DNA of 64,000 nt from Podarcis tiliguerta (taxonomy: Eukaryota). The stretch is taken from NCBI GenBank assembly GCA_965153285.1, contig OZ229111.1, one strand, 5' to 3'. The notes below the pieces were generated by a model, which saw nothing but the letters and a program-made list of their open reading frames with translations, ran no database searches and was not told where the DNA came from. Below, in pieces: positions 12,601-25,100 of this stretch. Each line of letters opens with the position of its first letter. Position 1 is the first letter of the stretch. Made by a program: the position numbers and the translations under genes.

Positions 12601-15600
12601 TATTAAGCTTTACCTTAGTTTAACAACATTCAGCCTATAACTGATTTCAGTCCGTGGTTCAGAACCTCCAAGAGGTTGTGTTCCAAAGCCTCTCTTTGTA
12701 AATACTGAATAAAAAGCGGATGATCAGAATTTTTTTCCTTGCTGGGCAACTGGCTGTGGGAGTTTCTTGCAGCCACCTGCCAGCCGGGGAGCCACTGCCG
12801 AAAAGGCTTCTTCTCATGTTGCCGCACTCTGGACCTCTCATAGAGGAGGCGCACAAAGAAGGGCATCAGATGATGACCACAAGGTTTGGGTCCCTTCATA
12901 TGGGAAGAGGCGGTCCTTGAGATATTGCATTCCTGAACTATTTCTGTAACCATCAACATAACCAGAGCCACTTTCAGTGCTGAAAGCAGGTCAGGACTGA
13001 AATGGGTCAAGGTACAAGAGAGATAATTTATTACGGTCAAAGACCAGCTCGCATAACACAATAAAAACAGCGTTCATAAAGATAAAATATACAATCAGAG
13101 CCGATTGCAGCAATAGCTCATGAGTTAAAATTGAGGTCAAGGTAATTAATCCCACAAATTCCTGAAGCTGGACCACCACCACGTGCTCAAGCACCTTACC
13201 CAAGTAGGGAATGGATGACACCATCCAGGAAATATCCTGAGAGGGCTTGTGTAGAGAACTGAAGCTGAGACATTAGTGCGTTCATGGCTGAGGTAACATT
13301 TAATAAGTTGTCTGATCCACACCTCATGTTTTCCTAGGCAGTACTTTCAGTCAATTCTCTTCTGAAGCAGTATTTTTGTTAGGCAGAAATTTCATCATTG
13401 GTATGCAAGGTTTTTACGTTCCGAAAGCGTATGTTAGTAGCTTCTGAATAGAGAGGTTTGCCTATTACTCCCTCCAAATGATAAAAAAAAATAGACCTGT
13501 TCATTTCATGTATTCCTCAAAATAGCTTTTGTGATTTTATGGTCCTGGAACACTACTGACTTCATCTGAGCCGTGTTTCCATTATTGTAAAATGAAGATT
13601 GGGTGGGTATCCTTTCCTTCCATCCTGGAGCTTTGAAGGAATAAAGTCCACAGTACTCTTACCAGTACAGTGGTACCTCTGGATGCGAACAGGCTCCGTT
13701 CCGGAGCCCCATTCACATCCTGAAGCGAACGCAACTTGCGCATGCGCAGGTTGTGTTTCGCCACTTCCGCGCATGCGCGTGATGTCGTTTTGAGCGTCTG
13801 CGCGAGCGGCAAAACCCGGAAGTAACACGCTCCGTTACTTCCGGGTCACCGTGGAGCGCAACCTGAAAATGCTTAACCTGAAGCTACTTCAACCCGAGGT
13901 ATGACTGTATAGATAAAATGACAAAATTCTTGCGTAACTTCTGTATCTGACCTACAGATGGCACTAGGCATTGCTGATGCGTTGCTTAAATTGTTTTGTG
14001 GAATGTTTCTCAACCACATTCTGTGTGTATGGTGTGTCTGTGTGCACACAAACACAGGGAAAGTACAGAATGACTATTTATTTAAAATGGGGCAAAGAGT
14101 GGCAAGCAGGAGAAGGGGTGTGAATTAAAGAAGCTCTTTAAAATGTGGCATGTTTTACATATGTGTTATGTTCCTGAGTTGAATGCACTAATCCCAGATG
14201 CAGTATAATGTAGTCCTCTTGAGACTGAGCAGGACATCACTTACCTGAGAGAGTGAGGCATGGCTACATATATGCTTGAGCCTTTTGCTCACTGAAGGTC
14301 TTACCAGGCCTTTCAAGTTAAATTTAAAGACTTAAGTGGACGAAAATGCTTTAAAGAAGCTGTCTGCTACTGTCAGTACTGTGATCTGTATCAGAAGCTC
14401 CAGAGGTTGCAGTGTCATACAATAATGCTAGTAAAAGAGTGATTAAAAAAGCAAACCTGTTGCGTACATTTAGGCTAGGGATGCTTTAGTTCAGAGGTTG
14501 CAGATTGTTTTGGCATAGAAACTGTTGTGGGTATCACACATGTGCAACAACTCTCCCCAGATGTAATCGCCGCCCCCCCCCCCATTAGATGTGTGTGTGT
14601 GGAAAGAAAGCCTTCGGTTGCTTAAAGAAGGCCTCTTTTAAGCCTGATTTTAGTGCAGGAATGGAACTCTGTGGGCATCAGGGAAGGCCTCTGGTGGCAG
14701 ATCTGTGCCCATGGGTACTTTGCCGGTGACCCATGTTTTAGTTAGAAGTAGGTCCCATTGAGTTCAGTGGTACTTACTCCAATATAGGTGTGCAGTCATG
14801 TTGTGGATGTAACTCCTATTTTGGTCAATAGGACTAATTCCCAGGTATGTGTGCACAGAATAACTGTAGTTTCTTTTCTTTTTTCCTTTGGGGGTGCACT
14901 GTGATGTTGAATGGGAAGAAAGGGCAGTAGCAATAACTCTCTCCTTGAGTAAACACAGTCGTACCTCGGAAGTCGAACAGAATCCATTCCGGAAGTCCAT
15001 TCGACTTCTGAAGCATTAGACTTCCAAAGCGCAGCTTCTGATTGGCTGCAAGAAGCTCCTGCAGCCAATCAAAAGCCACAGAAGCCCCATCAGACGTTCA
15101 GCTTCCAAAAGAAGGTTCGAAAACCAGAACACACAGTCCTGGTTTTTGATCTTTCAGGAGCCGGAACGTTCAACTCCCAAGGTGTTCGGGAGCTGAGGTA
15201 CGACAGTAGAATCCAGTGAGAGCATGCCTGTCTATCTCTCTCTCTCTTACCTCAGCCACTTGGTGTGTTTTTTTTTTTATTTTCCTTCTCTCTTGCAGCT
15301 GCTGGCATTTCTGCAAGGACTATTCACATTCTACCACCATGGCTATGAACTTGCAAAGGATTTCAGTGATTTCAAGACGGAGCTGACAATTAGCATACAA
15401 AATGTAAGCACAGAGTGGAATCACTTATCAGAGACAATGCAACTTTACCAACTTTTCACAAAGGATGTTATTGAGAGGTTAAAACTGTACACAAGCAATC
15501 CCCACTCCCCCAGTGGACAGGGGGTAAGCATGGTGACCTAACACATAGCCTCCATAGCAGCTTGTTTCCTTCTGTTTATGAATGTTGAGAGCCAGCTGTC

Positions 15601-16553
15601 TATCCATGTCCATGCCTAAGTGCAATAATTTCAGTAAGTATTTAAAACCATTGTTTGCTTCTTCAAGAATGTGACATCATTTGTGAGTGTTACTGCCAGA
15701 AGCTGGTGTTGGCAACTTTCAGCCTCCCCTTCTCATGTAGGATGAATTGCTTCATAATTGGAAAATTGCCTTGTGGTTTTATGTGGAAGGATTTGCATTT
15801 GGGAGGTTCTTAGGTGTATATAGTTATGTTATTGCATACCTGTGTTTCTCAAAATACTGAGGAGGAAATACTGAGGAAAAGAGGAATACTACCTCTTCAT
15901 CAGTCTTTGAGAAACTCTGGTGTATTTGTGGAATGCTCATACTTTGAACTGGAACTATATGCATACACTAACAGATAAGCGTATCCTTATTCAGATAGCC
16001 ATAAAAATGGTACTTTTTATTTATATATAAAAATTGCACATGAGAGTTCATAAATGTGCTGTTAGTTCACACCTCTCTGTGAGCCCAAGCATGTGTGAGT
16101 TTAAGGGTTTACATGAAGCTGTTGGTTCCTTTGTTGCACCCAGAGCAGTAGCAGCTTCTTTTTCTGGATCCTGTGTGTTTTAAGGCTGGTAAAGGCTACC
16201 TAACACCACTTTTTTGCCGTCTACTTTAAATGCAGACAAGAAATCGCTTTGAAGGCACAAGATCAGAGGTTGAGTCCTTGATGAGGAAGATGAAGGAGAA
16301 TCCCCACGAGCACAAAAACATCAGCCCTTTTACAATGGAAGGATATCTCTATGTCCAGGAAAAGCGTATGTGTTGCTTCCCCTGGGATCATGTAGCTGCT
16401 ATGCAATGGACTTTTGAGTTGACCGGTGATAGTTCTTATTTTAGTTAGGAAAACAGGATGAGCCTCTCTTGTCTGTATGAACAAGGCTGACCTAAGCTCC
16501 TGTTGCCTGAGGTAGAATCCCCTCCCCAATGTCAAGGTGTGTAGTTCCCCTGA

Positions 16554-16594
<41 letters not shown>

Positions 16595-18930
16595 CACCAA
16601 TACCCCACTCTGGGTGGCTGACAACATATCTAAAAACATAATAAAAACATCAGCCCTTTAAACACTTCCCTAAACAGGGCTGCCTTTATCGTGGTGTAGT
16701 AGTTAAGAGCAGTGGACTCTGGTGAACCGGGTTCGATTCTCTTCTCCTCCACGTGCAGCTGCTGGGTGACTTGGGCTAGTCACACTTCTCTGAAGTCTCT
16801 CAGCCTCACTCACCTCACAGAGTATTTGTTATGGGGGAGGAAGGGAAAGGAGAATGTTAGCCGCTTTGAGACTCCTACAGGTAGTGATAAAGCGGGATAT
16901 CAAATCCAAACTCCTCTTCTTCTTCTAAAGCTCAGATTGTTGTTTATTTCCTTGACATCTGAAGGGAGGGTGTTCCACTGGGAGGGCACCACTACCGAGA
17001 ACATGCACAACATTGGTTTTTAAAAGATTTCATTCAACAGTTCTTACTGGCCCCAGTTATCTCTAGCTTAGAAACTTTTATTGAAAGCTTTAAATAGATC
17101 CTGCCTTACTTTAGGCATATTGAAAAGGATGCTAGTTGAGCCATTTCTTTTTATACAAAAATGCTACATCATGCTACCCTTTTCAGAGTACAGTTGTGGT
17201 GATTATGAATTGATGTTCTGCAACAGCAGTTCTCAGACCTTTCCCCGTGCAGATTAGTGGAAAATTGCTAGAGGTCTTAGTGGACCACTTCATTATTTTT
17301 TCTTTTGCAAATCAAAACATATAGATAACTGTTTAATTTTTTAAAAAAAATATTCAGTGCTGACGCCATCATCATCAAAACCCGCATGGCATTAATGTAA
17401 ATAGTGAGACTTTAGTCAGGTTTCTAAGAAGGGTTCTTGGCAAATGTTTAGGGTAAAATTAGTAAACTGCATCAGTGCTGTATTATGAAAATCATGGGCT
17501 TTAGGCTAGGGCCTTGTTAGACTGGCTCTGGTTGAAACAGCCTTGATTTCCATAATGAGAAAAAAAATCAGGAGTGGGGCCAATTATTTTAATTTATTTA
17601 ACAAAAGTTATATAGCACTTGATTGCAATAAAAACTCTAATCAGTTTACAAGAAATATTAAAATTATCAACATTACAAAGAAGCAATTTAAAAATTAAAA
17701 GCTAATTAAAATTATTCATTAGCTAAACAGAGATTTTAAAAATCATCACCTATGTTTCTGATAGGATTTCCCAAACAAAAATGTTTTAAGCAGATGCCAA
17801 AAAGAGTATGTTGAGGGCACCTGTCTGATGTCAATAGGGAATTCCAAAGTGTAGGTACTGCTACACCCAAGACTGTTGTGTTTTGTTTTTTACAAGTGTG
17901 CAATGAGTAGTGTGTGGCGTATGTAACAATGCCAGTTCCACAGATCAAAATCATTGAGTGGCACATATGTAATAAGCCAATCCCACATGTAAACTGGTCC
18001 CAAGATGCTAAGGGCTTTATATACCAATAGTAACACTTGAACTTGGCCTGGTAACAAATAGACAACCAGTGCAGATCTCTGAGCAAAGGTGTTATATGCT
18101 CACATGGTCTCACACATGTTGACAACAGTGCTGCAACATTTTGCACTAACTGCAGTTTCCAGACCAAGCATAAGGGAAGTGCATTGGAGTAATCCAATCT
18201 TGAAATTACCAATGCTTGAACTACTGTGGTCAAGCTCTCTGGGTCTAGGAACAGTCATAGCTGTTGTATCAATCAAAACTGGTAAAAGGTGCTTTTAGCC
18301 ACTGAGGCTATGTGGACCTCAAGTGGCAAAGCTGGATGGATCTAGAAGCACCCCCAGACTGTGTACCTGCTCCTTCAAGGGGAGTGCAACAACATCCAGG
18401 GTAGGCGATGGACCAATTTCTTAAACATAGCCAGCACTCATCCATAGTGCCTCCATCTTGCTAGGATTCAAGCTCAGATGTTATGGAGAAATAGAGCCAT
18501 AAGAATGTATTGCTTAGGTGTAAGAAATATTTAGAGTTGCCACCAGACATGGAGTGAGTGTTACCTGTAGAAAAGGAGCCTCAGGTCTGCCACCTGAGCA
18601 ATTGGACTTGCCCTGTGTAAAGACAACTGGATGGAGCTTGAAGAGCTTGGCTTTTAAGGTACAACTACTACATCATTGGTCATTTTTATCTCTGTCTCTA
18701 ACATCAACCCATTTCAATTATTTTAGGTCATTTTGGAACAACATCCTGGGTGAAGCATTATTGCACATATCACAGTGAATCTAAACGAATAACTATGGTG
18801 CCTTTTGACCAGAAGTCTGGCGGAAAGGGGGTGAGTGAAAATGCAAGTATCTAGCTATGTGGACAGTTCTAGGTGTATTTGCTGCTGCTGTTGCTGCTGC
18901 TACTACTACCACTATTACTACATTAATAGA

Positions 18931-18982
<52 letters not shown>

Positions 18983-19134
18983 TAAAAATACATTTGGGGA
19001 TTGTGGAAAATCTGTTCAGTCGAGGTCATATTGTCCTTTTTAACAACTTAGTCCTGAGTGTTGAAATGTCTCACTAGTAATAAATTAACTGCATAGTTAA
19101 GACATACCCTAATTCCCGATTTTTACTCTTTTCA

Positions 19135-19168
<34 letters not shown>

Positions 19169-22100
19169 TTGGGTCCTACCCTTGACATCAGGAGAAAACA
19201 ATCCTGCTCCCTCTTCCATGTGGCAGCCCTTCAGATATTTGAAGATGGCTTTCATATCATATCTCCTCTCAGTCTCCTCTTTTCCAGGCTAAACATATCT
19301 AACTCCCTCAATCTTTCTTCATCAGACCCTTGGTAATCTTGGTCACAATATTCTTAATGAATTGATTATATGTGCATTTTTATAAACAAAAAATTCAATT
19401 ATTATTATTATTTTAATTGTAACATTGATGGAACATACTTGGTATTTCTCCCTGTGGTGAGATCAGTGTTGCATGCATCAATCTATTTACATTTGTGTCT
19501 CACCTTTATCCCATCATGGAACCCAGTCAGTGCATATGTTGTCTCCAGGCAGTCAACCACCCAGGTACTGACCAGTCCCAGACTTGTTTAGCTTCGGCAA
19601 GTTGGTGGTCTTATCGTGCCTGCAGACCAAATCCTGGGACTAGATCAAGTGCCTTTAATATTTGTATCAGCACCTGTAGTCCCCCCACCAGCAGCTGTTG
19701 TTAAGGGGTAGATTGCTGTTGCACATGAAGGTTCTCTAAGTAGAAAAGCTTGGCTTGTTGGTTACATGTTTGCTAGTGGATGAGGGTCAGTAAATTCGGG
19801 CCAACTTTTGACTGGGTTAGGAATATGCAATCATTTTGTTTGAATCAATTAATTACACCCACCCCTCATTTTGAAGCAGAGAGAAAGGGGGTGCAAAATG
19901 GACAGGCCACAGACCACTTGTGCGTGCATGCAGATGCATGTATGTGCATGATGTTAAAATTCAGCATGAGAATTGGGGAGGGGAGCAGTTTTTGTGAGCT
20001 TAGGAACTGAAACTGGAGTTGGCTAGATTTCTTTGAGGCTTACCCTGAAAGTATATGCATAGGCCTTGAAGAGAATTTGCCCTGAGATAACTTGAGAAAC
20101 ATTTATTCCAGAATAAGGTTGTTTCATGTGAAAACCTTGGAAACATTTCAAATCTTCAATGAAGTAGGCCCTTCTATAGTTGGACAGGCCTGTGGCACTT
20201 ATTTTCATGTAGCACAAGGAGGTGCCTCTAGGCAGCAGGTGCTGATGGGGTGCATTTGTTAAGGGAATGGGGTGAATCATTACATTCACTTTGGCTTGTC
20301 CTGCAGCATTTTATTTACTTGCAGTTGAATTTGCAGTCCTGGGATTCTCCTTAACATAATCATAAAAGAACATTAATATTCCCCTCACTAGGTCAGGTTG
20401 TTCTGTGAAGTCACTGCTTGGCACCCACCTGGCTCTGCTTCCCCAATAGAGTAGGCCAGTCTCTTCCTGTTGATTTTTTTATTATTATTATTTGCAGGAT
20501 GATTCATGGTCTGGGAATGGCTGTTACCAGCAGTGGTATTTCTCTGCCAGAGTAGCCTTTTGTAGTCTTCTCTCCCCATCCCCACCTGATATTTCTAAGA
20601 ATCACTAAATTGAATCAAATCAAATCCAACAATAGAGGAGTGGCTCTGTCTGATAAGGTGATGGGCATATCTAGTTTTCTTCAAGAAAGGAAATTGGATT
20701 ACAGTCAATAGTAGTCAAGTGTACAGGACTTCCAGTCATCTGAAAGAAATAGATTACTGGTAAGACTTGTATACTAAGGTTTCTATCCCTGGAAAGACAA
20801 CATTCTGGTGCCTTAATAGGGCCAAGGGGCAACTTGACCTTGGTGGTGAAAGAATGGAACTCAGAGGAAACTTATTAATCTCAGTTAAATTATCCCTCTG
20901 CCATCACTGTGATTGAACAATGAAGATCTCTCACTCCGCTGCATGAGGGACTTATTGATCCTATGAGATAGCTAGAACCTGCTGTAGCTTCTCTTTGAGG
21001 TGGGTGGAGTAACTGTGGTTGGGGTGTAGAACAGGATCTTACTTTGCTGCCTCAAATCCTTGTGGCTTATAGCGCCTTTAAATGGTTGTAGACTGCAGCT
21101 GTATGTCGTTGTTCACCCTGCACGCATCCTTTTCTTAATGACCTATAGCATATTCTCAAGACTCTTTGCCCCTAAGTAAATGCCATGCAGATTAAACAAT
21201 TCATGGAGGCATGAGCTTCCATAAGCAAGTGCCTACTCCACGGGTTGTGATGTTGACCACCACATTAGATGGTTTTTAAAAAGGGGGCTAGATGGATTCA
21301 TGGAAGTGAGATCTATCAACAGATACTGGCACTGATAGCTAAATAGGATCTCCAGGGTCACAGAGAGTGCATCACTGAAGACCAGCTGCTGGAGAGCAAT
21401 AGTTGGATAAGGCTATTACCTTCCTTTCAAGCCTCGCTTGTGGGCTTTCTGCACCATTGATGATAAGCAGGATGCTGGACTAGAAGGACCTTTGATCACA
21501 CCCAGTGGGGCTACCTGTCTTAATATTTTTTAAATCAGTTCTGTGGTTCATGTATTTTTACAGGGTTTTCTGTTTGTGATTCTGTGGGGGATAGATTACA
21601 AGTTGTATTGCAACACTGACCTTTCTGTACTGCCTAGTTTTAATCAGTAATCCACATTGGGCCATATGCTACTTACAAAATTAAGACAAGTGACATTCAG
21701 AACAAGGCTATTACCAGTATGTTATTTTAAAATATATCTGTAAATTGGTCTAATCTTTGGTCTTCATCTTATGCCAGGGAGATGATGAAGCCATTATTCT
21801 CAAATCCTGCACACGTCGAAAAACTGATTCCATAGAGAAAAGATTTTGCTTTGATGTAGAAGCAGTGGATCGGTGAGTTGCATATGTATTTTGCCTTTCT
21901 GTCAGTAGGCCCAGCGTGTGCCAGTTCCTGTTTGTATGTTACCAACATAAACACTGATAGTCAAGGCAATGAAAAATTGAGATAGAGGCGATCCTAAATT
22001 TCTCTAATTCTCTAGATTCATAGAATATTCTTATAAGAATTGTCTGCATTGTTAATTTTTTTTTTTTTTTACCCATATCAAGCCAGATTGGAGCATTGGC

Positions 22101-25100
22101 TGACACTATATTCTTTAGTCTAATAAAGACACAATTAGTGATGTGTCTTTGAGAAACTTATGTCTTCCTTAGTAGCTGTCTGCATTTTGGGCCCTGGGAG
22201 CAGACCTCATGCTTGTTTGTTTCCTTTTGGGTCTAATTCACTATGGGTGGAAGTGAACAACTGAACTGGAAAGTTCTAAATTATTTCAGCGTGAGATCTC
22301 TCTAAGCCTGTGCAAATGTGGACCTATCAGTAGTGACCTATGTGGTGGAGTGGAGCCTCCCATCACCAACATTGCTACAGCTTACATGTATGGGAAAGTG
22401 TGGTCAGGGCTATGCAGATGCATTGGCAGAGCCAATCTGTCACTTTCACTGGTGCAGCCCCAACCTACTTGTGGAGGTGGCTGTCTGGACATCTTTGAAC
22501 AGTGGAAACGTCTGAACACTGGAAGGCTTCTGAAATGTGTGGGGCCCCCCTTAGACTTCCAGCTTCAGACAGTCACCCTCTGCAAGTTGAAGGGTGATGG
22601 TAATGATGATAGAAGAAGGCAGAGCTAGTACTCTTGTTCTCATCTGTTATCTCTAAAAGTGCATACCTGAAATAGGTTACATATTTTTTAAGGTAATATG
22701 AAATAAAAGTTCTTTTTCTGAAACATTATTTAGAAAGGTGCAGAAATATTGATAAGGAAATGGTAGATGTTCAAGAACTTACCTTGTTCAAGCTAAGTTC
22801 TTTAACAACGGAAGTCATATGTGTAGTCACACGGAAGAGAGTGAAAAACAGGTCCTTGATAATGATTTTTTATTTTTTTTTACTGTAGCAGCCCAGTTGG
22901 AAACAGAATATAGGGAATTTATTTTGGCATTCTGCCCCAGTCATCTCTCACGCCTACTGACGTTCAACTGAATATCTGTTACAATTACAAAATAAACTAG
23001 GGGAACAGATAAAATGGATTGGCATTGGGCTGTAGCAGGAATGAGTGAATTGGGAATGGATGGAGTCATACCAGGAAACACAGGCAATCTGTTTCAGTTT
23101 TCCTGTTTTGCATTTCGTGCCACTAAGCAATGGTGCTCCAGAGGCATTAGACAGATGGCATTAGTGATTCCTTGCTGCTTCCAAGCATTAATACCATAAA
23201 ATCCTCTCATTCATGTGGCTTCAAAATATTGCCACTAACGAGCAACATGGTAAAACAGTGTTGCGCTCATAAATGGCCTTTGCTTTGAGTCAGGCAGCTT
23301 GCATTAAATCTCTGATCTGTTCCTCTTAAAGGTAAGAGAGCTATGATGTTTGGAATTGTGCTTTCTCTTATCCTAAAGTAACCATGAACATCACAAATTA
23401 AATTCTTAATACGTTTAAGTTTTGTTTTTGCCATACCTAGTGTTTAGTGCAAAACAATAATAGTAATGCCTGGAAGGCAGGCTTTGGTTTTCCATTCCCT
23501 TTGATGTTGACAATATGGAGCAAGCATGTAAAAATCCGTATTATATTCATTGTGAAATGAGTGCAAGATAAGGACTGTGAATTGTTGTTGTTGTTCAGAC
23601 TTTATTAAGCAAAAATTGACCCCAAGAACTTTAACATTTCCCCAGAAATTCCCCAGCCACTTAATTATTTTACTTGATGTATTGCTGTAATTGATGACTT
23701 TGGCTTACAAGTAAATAAACAACATTTACCACAGTGTTAAGACAGCGAGTCCAGTTTAATTTCTTTTAAAAAATTGTCACAATAATACACTGAAACCTAA
23801 ATAACATCAAGAGCCTATAACTATGTCCAATCAATTGAAGACTGACTCCCCATAGCTTAAAAAAAGTTGATATGCTGATTGAAGCTTTATTTGTGTGAAT
23901 TTCTTTTGCTAGAGCAATTTGATAGGACAGAAATGATGTAGTGGGATGATGTCTTCAATTCAGAGAATCTTATCACAGCCAGCCATATAGCCAAACCGCT
24001 TTCCACTTCCGTGCCCACGTTATTATTCATCGATAAAGAGGGGGCCATACCTTTTTTGTTGGGGAATGGTATGAGGGGAGAGGAAGCAGCGTATGCAAGG
24101 GAAGATAAAATGCACTATCAACAACGTTGACTTTATACGGAATGCTGGACTGCAGCATATGCACAAGTTTTACTATGCAGCCTTAAGCTGGGGCTGTAGA
24201 AGAATGCAAACAGCTTGCCGATGATGTCATTCCCATCAATAAGTGGGTTAATGCTTTTCCCTGATTTGTGTCTCTGTAACTTGTTGAACACGACATTTTA
24301 TCGCCTGAAAGCTTTTCTGCAAACACAGCATCTTCTCTAGATGGTTGCTTCAGTAATTCTTAAAGCATTGCTGAGGAAACATTAGCATGGCTGTTTCTGA
24401 CCCAGCTGGGGCACACAGCCTGAAATTGTTCATACGCACAGTAAGAACTGAACCATTTAAAGGTTTGCTGCATAGCCTGTAGGTGGCAGTCGTGCGTGAT
24501 TTATTAGAGGACACAACATTTAATTAAGCTATAAATTAAACATTGCCCAAAGGTGTTGTGCATAAGGAGACTTCCATTGCAGTTGTGGAGTTCGGTTGTT
24601 CACATCGCTTAGGACAAGGTTTTTGTGATACTGTTTTAAATTTCTGCTTATTTAAATCAGTGTGAAAATTTGTAATTTTTATCATCAAGCAACGTCATCA
24701 TGTCTGGGGGTGGTGATTAGCCTTTGGCTCCCAAGTCTTTGCTGGACTACAATTCTTATCACCCCTTGACCATTGGCCATGTTGAGTTCAGTCTAATGAT
24801 ATCTAATGATATCTGGAGGGTCATATGCTACCCACCCCTCATTTAGTCTATGTAGTAATTCTGCTTTCAGTCATAACCTCCTTATTTAGTAGCAATCTAC
24901 TGCTGCATTAAGCTGCCATAACTTGAAGTGTCACTAGTAAGAGGCTTGGAATATATCAGGACTATGGGGAGAATTCAGTGTTGTTCTCTGCTAATTGTTC
25001 CATCAGCCCAAGCATTTTAGCTTGCTCGACGGAACAATCTCCGCTCTTTTCCCCCTGCATGCTGAACTGGGGTTTTCCCAACAGCCTTCTGAAGCCAATT

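Noticed and set aside
17736-18233. 165-aa ORF, the longest in the track
   Set aside because: Decayed, frameshifted L2 ORF2 fragment, not a host gene.
18835-19077. Poly-C/Y/N ORF (also the poly-L/V ORF at 7593..8009)
   Set aside because: Translation of intronic microsatellites.
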